A stretch of 64,000 bases of DNA from a virus. Where the stretch lies: the IMG/VR virus record IMGVR_UViG_3300025030_001854, positions 32,001-96,000 of that record. The stretch is one strand, 5' to 3'. Below are positions 55,136 to 64,000 of this stretch, one piece after another. How positions within the stretch are numbered: the stretch's first letter is position 1; each line of letters opens with the position of its first letter. The notes under the pieces are model-generated. The model was not told the origin of the DNA and made no database searches. It saw only the letters and a program-made list of their open reading frames with translations. The translations under genes were made by a program, and so were the position numbers.

Positions 55136-56094
55136 AAATTTTAATTACGGGTATTAATGGAAGTGCAGGTAGTTATCTTGGAGAATTTTTGGTAAATACT
55201 ACTAATCATCAAATATTTGGAACTGTTAGGAATCATAATGGACTATCTAATATTCAAAATATCAAAGATAAAGTTTCAATTATTTATGTTGATTTAATGG
55301 ATTTTCCCTCTTTGTTAAAAACTCTAGACAAGTATCGTCCAGATGTTATTTTTCATATTGCTTCTATGGCCAACGTAAGGAATTCTTTTGATTCTCCTTG
55401 TGTTGTTGTTAATAATAATGTTAATATCACTCTTCATATATTAGAAGCCGTTAGACTTTTAAAAGATAAGGATAATTATAATCCAATTATTCAACTATGT
55501 AGCACTTCTGAAGTATACGGAAATCCTAGTAAAGAATTTATTCCTATTGACGAAAATTGTCCACTTCTTCCAATTAATCCATATGCATCATCTAAATTGA
55601 TGCAAGATAGTCTTGGTTACGTTTATTTTCTTAATTTTAAATTAAATGTAATCAGAACAAGAATGTTCTCTTATTTCAATCCTCGACGACCAGATTTATT
55701 TGCTACTCATTTTGCCAGACAAATTATAGATGTTTCCAATGGTAAAAAAGAAACGGTTGAGCACGGAAATCTTTCTTCGATACGAACAATTATCGACCCA
55801 ATGGAAGCTGCTGAATGTTATTGGTTAATAACCTGTAACGGGAAAATTGGAGAGGTTTATAACATTGGTGGAATAGAACCAATTTCTGTTGGTGGAGTTT
55901 TAGAAGCATTAATTAAAAAATCTGGTAAAAATATACCAACAAAGCAAATCTCTGGTTTAATGCGTCCATCTGATATAGATAGACAAATTCCAAATATCCA
56001 CAAATTTCAAGCAGCGACCGGATGGACCCCCAAAAAAACATTAAGTCAAAGTATTAATGATTTTTGGATAGATGTAAATAATCTATATCGTTAA
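55132..56094 (+). CDS. GDP-mannose 4,6-dehydratase / reductase family SDR
   Basis: ITGINGSAGSYL, STSEVYG, PYASSK, GNLSSIR. Confidence 0.85.
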   Translation: MKILITGINGSAGSYLGEFLVNTTNHQIFGTVRNHNGLSNIQNIKDKVSIIYVDLMDFPSLLKTLDKYRPDVIFHIASMANVRNSFDSPCVVVNNNVNITLHILEAVRLLKDKDNYNPIIQLCSTSEVYGNPSKEFIPIDENCPLLPINPYASSKLMQDSLGYVYFLNFKLNVIRTRMFSYFNPRRPDLFATHFARQIIDVSNGKKETVEHGNLSSIRTIIDPMEAAECYWLITCNGKIGEVYNIGGIEPISVGGVLEALIKKSGKNIPTKQISGLMRPSDIDRQIPNIHKFQAATGWTPKKTLSQSINDFWIDVNNLYR

Positions 56095-56099
56095 TTCCA

Positions 56100-57884
56100 A
56101 TGAAAAAAATTAAAGTTTATTTTAATGAGTTTAACATTCCAACAGATAACACTGTTTATTTTCCCTATTCGTCAGGATTGTTATTAGCATATTGTCTTCA
56201 GGACGAAGATGTTAGACTTAATTTTGATTTTCAAGAATTTTTGTTTCGAAGGGAACCATTATTAAATATTTTATCTAGATATGAAAATCCAGATATAGCT
56301 TGTTTTTCATCATCAATTTGGAATCATCAGTTAAACTTGGCGGTTGCGAAAGAAATTAAAAATAGATTTCCTAATTGTCTAATTATCTTTGGTGGACCAC
56401 AAGTTCCATTAAACAGTAATTTTTATATTGAAAATCCCTTTATAGATATAGGAATATTTGGGGAGGGAGAAATTATATTCCGAGATTTATTAATTAAATA
56501 TTTAAAAAGGGAGAATAATTTTCCCCATCATATTACATTAAAGAATGATGTTACAACTAAAGAAATAGATGTTTTTCCGTCACCATATTCATTAGGACTA
56601 TTTGACCAATTAATTAAAGATAATCAAGATATTAAATTTAAAGCAATAGTAGAAACAAATCGTTCGTGTCCATTCTCTTGTGATTTTTGTTTTTGGGGAC
56701 AATCAGACTTAAATAAGAAGATTGTCTTCCATTCTCTTGAATATACAAAGCAAGAAGCCTTATGGCTTGCAAAAAATCAAGTAGAATATATCTTCTGTGC
56801 AGACGCAAATTTTGGAATGTATAAAAGAGATATTGATGTAGCCCAACTATTTTCAGATATTAAATTAGAATATGGATATCCAGATAAGTTTCGCGTTTGT
56901 TATGGGAAAAATACAACAGAAAATATATTTAATACAGCTTTAATATTATCTAAAGCTAATTTAGCTAAAACAGTAACGCTAGCGAAACAATCTAACGATA
57001 AATCTGTATTAGCCAATATTCATCGTTCGAATATTAATACTAAAACATTTAAACAATTACAAATAAAATATACAGAAGCGGGAATCCCTACTTATACCGA
57101 ATTAATATTAGGTCTTCCAGGAGAAACATATTCTTCATTTTTGTCTGGACTAGAAGAAACCCTAGAATCTGTTATTAATAATCAGGTATTTATTTATCAT
57201 TGTCAAGTTCTTCCAAATACAGCGATGGCAGAAAAAGATTATATTTCAAAATATGGTTTAAAAACTGTTAAAATCCCACTAGCGGAAGTTCATGGTAGTG
57301 TTCGAGATAATTCTATCGTTCAAGAATTTGAGGAAATAGTTATTGGAACTAATTCAATGTCCCAAGAAGAATGGAAAAAGTGTGCCGTTATTTCTTGGTT
57401 AGCTCAATCTTTATATGGGCTTAAAGCTGCCGAAGAAATTATTAATTTTCTTATTAAAGAATATAAAATCAAATTTACAGATTATTTTGAATTTATCTCT
57501 AAATGCGATATGGATGAAGTAAAATTATTATGGAGAGTAGCAAACGACATTACAGATGGGGAAAGGAGATGTCAACATGATGCTAGATTTGGGTCAATAT
57601 ATTATGACCCAGAAGAATTTGTTTTTTTATTGTTATGCTTAAATCCTAATAAATTCTTTCAAAAATTATTTCAAATAACTGTGGGATTTTTGATGTCTAA
57701 AGGTATAGACATAAAAAGTAAGTTTGCGGAGTTATTGACAGTTTTTTCTGTTCAACAAGATAATCTCCCTTCTCCTTACGATTATAGTTCTACTAAAGAG
57801 TTTGCTACCAAAGTAGTCTTACATGGAAGAAAAAGTAACTCAACTAAAAAACAAAGAAATCCAATAGGATTTCAATTAATATGA
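56100..57884 (+). CDS. B12-binding radical SAM enzyme
   Basis: GGPQ, GEGE, RSCPFSCDFC, DANFG, LGLPGET. Confidence 0.88.
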   Translation: MKKIKVYFNEFNIPTDNTVYFPYSSGLLLAYCLQDEDVRLNFDFQEFLFRREPLLNILSRYENPDIACFSSSIWNHQLNLAVAKEIKNRFPNCLIIFGGPQVPLNSNFYIENPFIDIGIFGEGEIIFRDLLIKYLKRENNFPHHITLKNDVTTKEIDVFPSPYSLGLFDQLIKDNQDIKFKAIVETNRSCPFSCDFCFWGQSDLNKKIVFHSLEYTKQEALWLAKNQVEYIFCADANFGMYKRDIDVAQLFSDIKLEYGYPDKFRVCYGKNTTENIFNTALILSKANLAKTVTLAKQSNDKSVLANIHRSNINTKTFKQLQIKYTEAGIPTYTELILGLPGETYSSFLSGLEETLESVINNQVFIYHCQVLPNTAMAEKDYISKYGLKTVKIPLAEVHGSVRDNSIVQEFEEIVIGTNSMSQEEWKKCAVISWLAQSLYGLKAAEEIINFLIKEYKIKFTDYFEFISKCDMDEVKLLWRVANDITDGERRCQHDARFGSIYYDPEEFVFLLLCLNPNKFFQKLFQITVGFLMSKGIDIKSKFAELLTVFSVQQDNLPSPYDYSSTKEFATKVVLHGRKSNSTKKQRNPIGFQLI

Positions 57885-58717
57885 AAAGTCCAGACGTATC
57901 TATTATTTTACCGTCTATTCGCCCAGAAAATCTGATTAAATTTTATGAATCAGCTCAAAATGCTTGTCAGAGATATTCTTTTGAAATTATAATTCCTGGT
58001 CCATATCTAATTCCAGAAGAATTAATGAAAAAAGGAAATGTTGTATTTATTCATACTTACGCTAATCCAACTATTTGTTTTCAAATGGCGGCTCTTTTAG
58101 CTAGGGGGGAATTTATTTATAATACAACAGATGATGGATTATTACAACCCAATGTTATTGATATTGCTGTTGACCTTCATAGAGAAGCATTGACATTCAA
58201 AGATATGATAAATATGAGGTATGATGAAGGAGTATTAGACCCGATAACTCTTTTACCTTTAAAAGAAAATCATGAACATTTCTCTCCATATTATTGGATT
58301 GCCCATTCTCATGCTGATTTAAGATTACCGGGAATTCCCGTTAATTATAAATTATGTATGCATTTCTTTATTAAGAAGAACTATTTTCTTTGGCTTGGTG
58401 GATTTGATTGTAATTATGAATATAGCAATCATGCTTTACACGATTTAGCTTTTAGAGTTCAATCAGATGGAGGACAAATTGTAAGTCTTCCTGTGGTTGC
58501 TTTTTATTGTTCTCATCTTCCTGGCCAGCAGGGCGACCATGGACCAGTAAATGATGCTCAATTAGGACCAGACATTACAAGATTTAATTCTATCTACGGA
58601 AACTCAACCCTAGATATAAAACAAAGAATTAATTTAAATTATGACGATTGGAAGAATTTTCCTAATATATGGGAAAGAAGATTTGATAAAAATAATTTGT
58701 TAGTTAATAAAATATGA
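57881..58717 (+). CDS. GT-A glycosyltransferase
   Basis: VSIILPSIR, TTDD, GGFD. Confidence 0.78.
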   Translation: MKSPDVSIILPSIRPENLIKFYESAQNACQRYSFEIIIPGPYLIPEELMKKGNVVFIHTYANPTICFQMAALLARGEFIYNTTDDGLLQPNVIDIAVDLHREALTFKDMINMRYDEGVLDPITLLPLKENHEHFSPYYWIAHSHADLRLPGIPVNYKLCMHFFIKKNYFLWLGGFDCNYEYSNHALHDLAFRVQSDGGQIVSLPVVAFYCSHLPGQQGDHGPVNDAQLGPDITRFNSIYGNSTLDIKQRINLNYDDWKNFPNIWERRFDKNNLLVNKI

Positions 58718-60222
58718 AAAACGATTTAGATATCCTACTTATTCATCCGAATTCTGCTAAAAGAGTCTATCAAGACCTTAGTAATAATTTTTCAGCTATA
58801 GAACCCCCAATTTGGGCGTTAATGATTGCTTCTTATCTTATAAATAAAGGGTGGAATGTAGAAATACTCGACTGCGAAGCTTTAAGGTTAAATCCAAAAG
58901 AAGTATATACAATCGTTAAAAATAAATCTCCAAAAGTAATTGGTATGGTTGTTTATGGGCAACAGCCATCAGCCTCGACACAAAATATGACAGGGGCAAT
59001 CGACATTATGCATAAATTGGCTGATTTAGATATTACTCGTATCTATATTGGTCCGCACCCCTCTTCGTTACCGATAAGAACTATAGAAGACGACCCAGGA
59101 GCATTGGTTTGTCAGGGGGAAGGTCCAATTACATTGGATATATTATTAAAACAAAAAAATCACAAAGATATTAGCGATAGGAAAAAAGTTCCTGGATTGT
59201 GGTATTTTAATTATATTTCTGGAAAGATAGAGGGAAATTGCTCTGCTCCTTTATTACGAGACTTAGATAATGATATTCCGAATTTGCCTCTTGACCTTCT
59301 TCCTTTAGAACAGTATAGAACTTCTAATTGGCATAGTTGGACTAATGAAAATAAAACTCAACCATTTTTATCTTTATATACCAGTTTGGGATGTCCTTTT
59401 CAGTGTTCTTTTTGTATGATTAATTCTCCATTTAATAATGGGGATAATAAAAATAATACTTTCCGCACTTGGTCGCCCGCTCATACATTAAGGATTTTAA
59501 GGGGTTTTACTGATAAGGGGGTTACTAATGTTAAAATAGCTGATGAAATGTTTGTCTTAAAACCACCCCATTTTCTTGAAATTTGTAAGGGTGTTATTGA
59601 TAGCGGGATGAAATTTAATTTTTGGGCTTACGCAAGAATAGACACCGTAAGAGAACAATATTTAGATATTCTTAAAAAAGCTGGAGTAAATTGGCTAGCA
59701 CTAGGTATTGAATCTGGTAATATTAAAGTAAGGCAAGAAGTCATTAAGGGTAAATTTCAAGAATTAAATATTCATGATATTGTTTCTAAAATTCAAAATC
59801 ATGGAATTTGTTCTATGAATAATTTTATATTTGGGTTACCAACAGACACCATTGAAACAATGCAATCAACGTTAGATTTAGCTATGAACTTAAATGGCGA
59901 ATATGCTAATATGTATTGTGCTATGGGTTATCCTGGAAGTCAATTACACAGAGATTTTTCTCAACATAATCCATCTGTTTTACCAGAAAACAATGGCGTC
60001 GGATGGATAGGATATTCTCAACACGCTTACGAAACGTTTAATCTTCCGACAGAAGTATTAAAAAATCATGAAATTCTTAAATTTCGTGACGAAGCGGTAA
60101 TTAAATATTTTAGTAACCCATCTTATTTGGAAAAAATGACATTAAAATTTGGACCTAATTTTAAAACAGAAATACAAAACATGTTAAATATTAGATTAAA
60201 AAGAAAAATATTAGGAGACTAA
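58714..60222 (+). CDS. B12-binding radical SAM enzyme
   Basis: EPP, GPHPS, GEG, SLGCPFQCSFC, GIESG, FGLP. Confidence 0.9.
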   Translation: MKNDLDILLIHPNSAKRVYQDLSNNFSAIEPPIWALMIASYLINKGWNVEILDCEALRLNPKEVYTIVKNKSPKVIGMVVYGQQPSASTQNMTGAIDIMHKLADLDITRIYIGPHPSSLPIRTIEDDPGALVCQGEGPITLDILLKQKNHKDISDRKKVPGLWYFNYISGKIEGNCSAPLLRDLDNDIPNLPLDLLPLEQYRTSNWHSWTNENKTQPFLSLYTSLGCPFQCSFCMINSPFNNGDNKNNTFRTWSPAHTLRILRGFTDKGVTNVKIADEMFVLKPPHFLEICKGVIDSGMKFNFWAYARIDTVREQYLDILKKAGVNWLALGIESGNIKVRQEVIKGKFQELNIHDIVSKIQNHGICSMNNFIFGLPTDTIETMQSTLDLAMNLNGEYANMYCAMGYPGSQLHRDFSQHNPSVLPENNGVGWIGYSQHAYETFNLPTEVLKNHEILKFRDEAVIKYFSNPSYLEKMTLKFGPNFKTEIQNMLNIRLKRKILGD

Positions 60223-60224
60223 TT

Positions 60225-60803
60225 ATGTCAGAACTTATCAAATTACATTTGGGGTGTTACCATCGGAAAATACATGGATATATTAACATAGATATCCGTC
60301 CAGAATGCTCTCCAGACCTAGTAGAAGACTGCTTCCTATTATCTTCGTTTAAAAATAATAGTGTTGATGTTATTTATACTTGTCATATGCTTGAACATTG
60401 CAAAAGAGACGAAGTTCTTCCAATATTAATCCGCTGGAATGAGATATTAAAACCAGGTGGTATTTTAAGGATTTCTGTCCCAGATTTTGAGGCTTTGTGT
60501 GAATATTATATTCAAACAAGAGATTTAGAAGCCATTACAAATTTAATGTTTGGTTCCCAAAAACATGCTTATGATTTTCATTATATTGGTTTTAATGAAA
60601 AGTATTTAACTAGTTTATTAAAAGGATTAGATTTCGTAAATATCCATCGTTATGATTGGAGGGAAACAGAACATTTTTATATTGATGATTACTCTCAATG
60701 TTATTTGCCAAGTATTGAATATAAATCTAGAAGACTAACTGATGAAATAAAAGGAAAACTAGTTAGTCTAAATATTGAAGCGGTAAAAGCTCTATCTATA
60801 TGA
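60225..60803 (+). CDS. class I SAM-dependent methyltransferase
   Basis: KLHLGC, HMLEH, LKPGGILRISVPD. Confidence 0.88.
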   Translation: MSELIKLHLGCYHRKIHGYINIDIRPECSPDLVEDCFLLSSFKNNSVDVIYTCHMLEHCKRDEVLPILIRWNEILKPGGILRISVPDFEALCEYYIQTRDLEAITNLMFGSQKHAYDFHYIGFNEKYLTSLLKGLDFVNIHRYDWRETEHFYIDDYSQCYLPSIEYKSRRLTDEIKGKLVSLNIEAVKALSI

Positions 60804-61579
60804 CAAAACCAGAAATTTCAATCTTAATGCCAGCTATTCGTCCGCAGAACTGGACAAAAGTATATGAATCTATTTTGTCTTCAACAAGGCGTTCTTTTGA
60901 ATTAGTTATTGTGGGACCACACCAATTACCAGAAAATCTTTTACAATATAAAAATATTAAATATGTTAGAGATTTCGGTTCTCCAGTAAGAGCATCTGCT
61001 ATAGGAAGTCTTTTGTGTGAAGGAACATTTATATATCCCACTCATGCAGATGATTGTTTTTTAATTCAAGATTCTTTGGATAATAATATTGATATCCTTT
61101 CTAAATATAACGATGAACATGTAGTTGTTTGTAAGTATTCAGAAAGCGAAAATTTATCCAGAGAAAATGATTATCAAAACGATGATTATTATAAAATTGT
61201 TAATGCTTATCCAGTAAATCCAATGGTAATTCCTAGTCATTGGTTAATTTTTAATTCTGTTATTTGGTATAGAACAACTTTTGATAGAATTGGGGGATTT
61301 GATTGTCATTTTGAAACCTGCCCAATGGCTCATGCAGATTTAGCTATAAGAAGTCAACACGTTGGTATTAAAGCTATTTTATCGTCTTTTCCATTATTAA
61401 AATGTGGCCATATGCCTGGAACCAGTGGCGACCATGCACCCATACATTTTACCCAAATATTGAAAGATGACCCAAAATTTAGATTAAAATATAGCGAACC
61501 ACTTGACGATTTAGTTAGTTGTATTGATAGATTAAATTGGAAAAAATATCCCAATGTTTGGAAAGAAAGATTTAATTAA
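60800..61579 (+). CDS. GT-A glycosyltransferase (paralog of 57881..58717)
   Basis: ISILMPAIR, HADD, GGFD, HMPG..GDH. Confidence 0.78.
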   Translation: MTKPEISILMPAIRPQNWTKVYESILSSTRRSFELVIVGPHQLPENLLQYKNIKYVRDFGSPVRASAIGSLLCEGTFIYPTHADDCFLIQDSLDNNIDILSKYNDEHVVVCKYSESENLSRENDYQNDDYYKIVNAYPVNPMVIPSHWLIFNSVIWYRTTFDRIGGFDCHFETCPMAHADLAIRSQHVGIKAILSSFPLLKCGHMPGTSGDHAPIHFTQILKDDPKFRLKYSEPLDDLVSCIDRLNWKKYPNVWKERFN

Positions 61580-61583
61580 AATT

Positions 61584-63941
61584 ATGGAAATCCTTATTTT
61601 AGCAGACTCTAGAGCTATGTGGCCGAGAGAATATAGTTGGCCTAATGTATTACAACAGATGCTTGGTAAAGGATATAATATCACGTCTTATATTAGCGGA
61701 ATAGATAAATGGCTTGCATCTATTAATATGATGGAAGAATTTCTTTTGGACAAATTCCCAGATAAAGTATTCGATATTATCATTATTCAAGCGGGATGGC
61801 ATGAGGGAGGACCATGCTTCTGGCCCGAAGAAACGTGGAAAGAGATTATAAATACCAAAACCAGAGAATTTAACCAATCTTCTCTTATTGATAAAATAGA
61901 AAATAATGGTAAATCTAAATTTTTATATAAAGACGAAAAAGAAGAAAAATCTGTTTTTAAAACATTTAGGTCAAGAGGAAGAAATGTTATTTTTATTAAT
62001 ATGCATTCTGTTCGGCCACCAAACGATTTAAATAAAGAGTATGGTCTTGGAATGACTCATCAATATAAACAACTAGAAGCTAATTTTAGATTTTCTCCTG
62101 TTGATTGCGATTCTTTTTCTTTACCACAAGACAATGAATGGATATCTAATTGTTGTTTACCTGATAGGTTGCATTATATGTTTCATGGAATTAATTATAT
62201 TGCTACTTATTTAGCCAGATATATTCAACGAGCACACAAAATATTACCCAACCTATTAGCAGATTCATCTAAACACAAATCTCTTTTTGAAGAATCCAAA
62301 AGAATAGGTTCATTTATTGCAAATAATACACAGGAACGAGATAAAGTAATTTTGTGCGATGATTTGACTTCCAATTTAATTGCTGCTTTTTGGGGATGTA
62401 TTCTTTATAATCGTATTCCATTGATTATACAACATCCTTCAGTTAAAGTTCATTCTTCAGAATTTCATAAAAAGTTACAAAGAATAAAAGAAATAGTAAA
62501 TCCATCATTTTGTTTTTGTTCGGAAAAATATTTTTCGTCGCTTAAGACATTTTTTAACGCGGCATTTACTATAAATAATCCTCACAATGATAGATATGAA
62601 TTAGATTTGATTGATTATTCTTCTGATGATGTCGCCTTTTTGCAATTATCATCAGGAACCACTGGTGACGTTAAAATATTAGAAGTAACACATAAGCAAG
62701 CAATAGAGAATGTCGAAGAATATGCTCTTATTTCTAACATCAATCAGTATAGTTCTATTGTTTCTTGGCTACCATTATATCACGATATGGGATTAATTAC
62801 TTCGGTTATTATTCCTGTTGTTATGGATTGTTCAGTTGCATATATAGATACATTTTTATGGCTTTCTCGCCCAGTGTTAATATTAGAAATGATTGAGAAA
62901 TATAAAGCTACTCATGTTTGGTGGCCGAATTTTGTTTTTTCGTTTTTGGCTAATCAAAAAGACGATATATCTAAAATAGATTTATCTTCTTTACAATTTT
63001 TAATTAGTTGTTCTGAGCTTTCATTCAATAAAGATATTAATAAATTTATTGAAAAATATAAAAATAATAAACTTAATTGTCAGATAGCTAATTGTTATGC
63101 CCTAGCGGAAAATGTATTTGCCGTCAGTCAATCTAATTCTCTATCTTCAATAACACTAGCTAATGGTTTTTCATTAACAAGTTGCGGTAGAGCTATGCAG
63201 GGGATTTCTGTTTTAATTTTAAATGATAACGAAGAAGATATTACTGGGGAACCAGTTGTTGGTAAAATTTATATTAAAAGTAATACTATTACAACTAAGA
63301 CTCTAAATAAATATGGATATTATGATACTGGAGATTTAGGATTAATATATAATGGAGAAATTTTTGTAGCTGGAAGAAATAAAGACAATTTTGTTTCTTT
63401 TGGAATTAATATTTATCCAGAATTAGTTGAAAAAAGTCTTGATGGTATCAAAGGAATTACCCCAGGAAGAATAGCTTGTATTGGAATCCAAGATAATGAA
63501 CTAGGAACATGTAGAACATTTATTATTGCTGAAACAAACGACTTATCTCTTGCTGACGTTATCTCTAAAGAAATATCTTTAACTGTTAAAAATTTATACG
63601 AAGTCTCCCCTACTGTATTTATAGAAAATCCATCGTTTTTAATCAAAACTTCCAGTGGTAAAATAAGCCGTTTTCGTTCTGGGGAAAAACTAATTAAAAA
63701 AATAGGAATATTAAATATCATTAATAAATTCTTGGCTGAAAAAAATAAACCGAGTATTAGAATAAGCGACAGATTATATACCTCTGGTTTATTGGATAGT
63801 TTGGAACTGTTTGAATTAATTCTATTCTTAGAAAAATCAGGGGTATCTTTAAATAAAGAATTATTAACCAAAGATAGTTTTCGTATTGATTTAGACAAAA
63901 TTGATAATATTGATGGAATTATAGCAGTATTACCAATATAA
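61584..63941 (+). CDS. SGNH-like domain + fatty acyl-AMP ligase + acyl carrier protein fusion
   Basis: N-terminal ILADSR and DRLH; FLQLSSGTTG, SWLPLYHDMGLI, CYALAEN, DTGDLG, KTSSGKISR; C-terminal GLLDSLEL. Confidence 0.82.
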   Translation: MEILILADSRAMWPREYSWPNVLQQMLGKGYNITSYISGIDKWLASINMMEEFLLDKFPDKVFDIIIIQAGWHEGGPCFWPEETWKEIINTKTREFNQSSLIDKIENNGKSKFLYKDEKEEKSVFKTFRSRGRNVIFINMHSVRPPNDLNKEYGLGMTHQYKQLEANFRFSPVDCDSFSLPQDNEWISNCCLPDRLHYMFHGINYIATYLARYIQRAHKILPNLLADSSKHKSLFEESKRIGSFIANNTQERDKVILCDDLTSNLIAAFWGCILYNRIPLIIQHPSVKVHSSEFHKKLQRIKEIVNPSFCFCSEKYFSSLKTFFNAAFTINNPHNDRYELDLIDYSSDDVAFLQLSSGTTGDVKILEVTHKQAIENVEEYALISNINQYSSIVSWLPLYHDMGLITSVIIPVVMDCSVAYIDTFLWLSRPVLILEMIEKYKATHVWWPNFVFSFLANQKDDISKIDLSSLQFLISCSELSFNKDINKFIEKYKNNKLNCQIANCYALAENVFAVSQSNSLSSITLANGFSLTSCGRAMQGISVLILNDNEEDITGEPVVGKIYIKSNTITTKTLNKYGYYDTGDLGLIYNGEIFVAGRNKDNFVSFGINIYPELVEKSLDGIKGITPGRIACIGIQDNELGTCRTFIIAETNDLSLADVISKEISLTVKNLYEVSPTVFIENPSFLIKTSSGKISRFRSGEKLIKKIGILNIINKFLAEKNKPSIRISDRLYTSGLLDSLELFELILFLEKSGVSLNKELLTKDSFRIDLDKIDNIDGIIAVLPI

Positions 63942-63956
63942 AAGATATGAAGTATG

Positions 63957-64000
63957 AATGTTTTGATTTTATCTGATTCTCGTGGAACTGTCCCACAAGG
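63957..64000 (+). CDS. start of another SGNH-like protein (truncated by the window edge)
   Basis: MNVLILSDSRG resembles MEILILADSRA. Confidence 0.4.

Noticed and set aside
45321-63898. Antisense or alternate-frame ORFs within the glycosylation genes (45321-, 48626-, 50496-, 50605+, 53245-, 54754-, 60796-, 61354-, 61650-, 63413-)
   Set aside because: Shadow ORFs of well-supported + strand genes.

Overview
AT-rich segment of a large (jumbo-type) dsDNA phage genome in the standard genetic code. Genes run on the - strand up to ~42.7 kb and on the + strand after it. The left two thirds form a tRNA-centred RNA region. It holds 41 tRNA genes covering all 20 amino acids, a tmRNA, a Ro60/TROVE gene with six related Y-RNA-like genes, and several tRNA-capped or otherwise structured orphan RNAs. 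It also holds a ~260-nt RNase P RNA with a complete catalytic domain but almost no specificity domain, next to a tRNA-nucleotidyltransferase-like gene. 39 of the 41 tRNAs have G55 in place of U55, with compensatory D-loop/T-loop changes. Three tRNA-Arg genes lack a D-arm and look topologically rewired. Upstream of the array sits a 31-codon leader peptide using 19 different amino acids, followed by a terminator with a plausible antiterminator. Other genes include eight HNH-type endonucleases, a phiEco32-like amidoligase cluster, macro, 2H, metallophosphoesterase and HAD enzymes, two sigma factors and a class II ribonucleotide reductase. The right third is a glycosylation/sugar-modification cluster with two B12 radical SAM enzymes and an SGNH-FAAL-ACP fusion. 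All RNA structures were folded by eye and all protein calls come from motifs; no database searches were run, so novelty claims are untested. Many small hypothetical ORFs are not listed.
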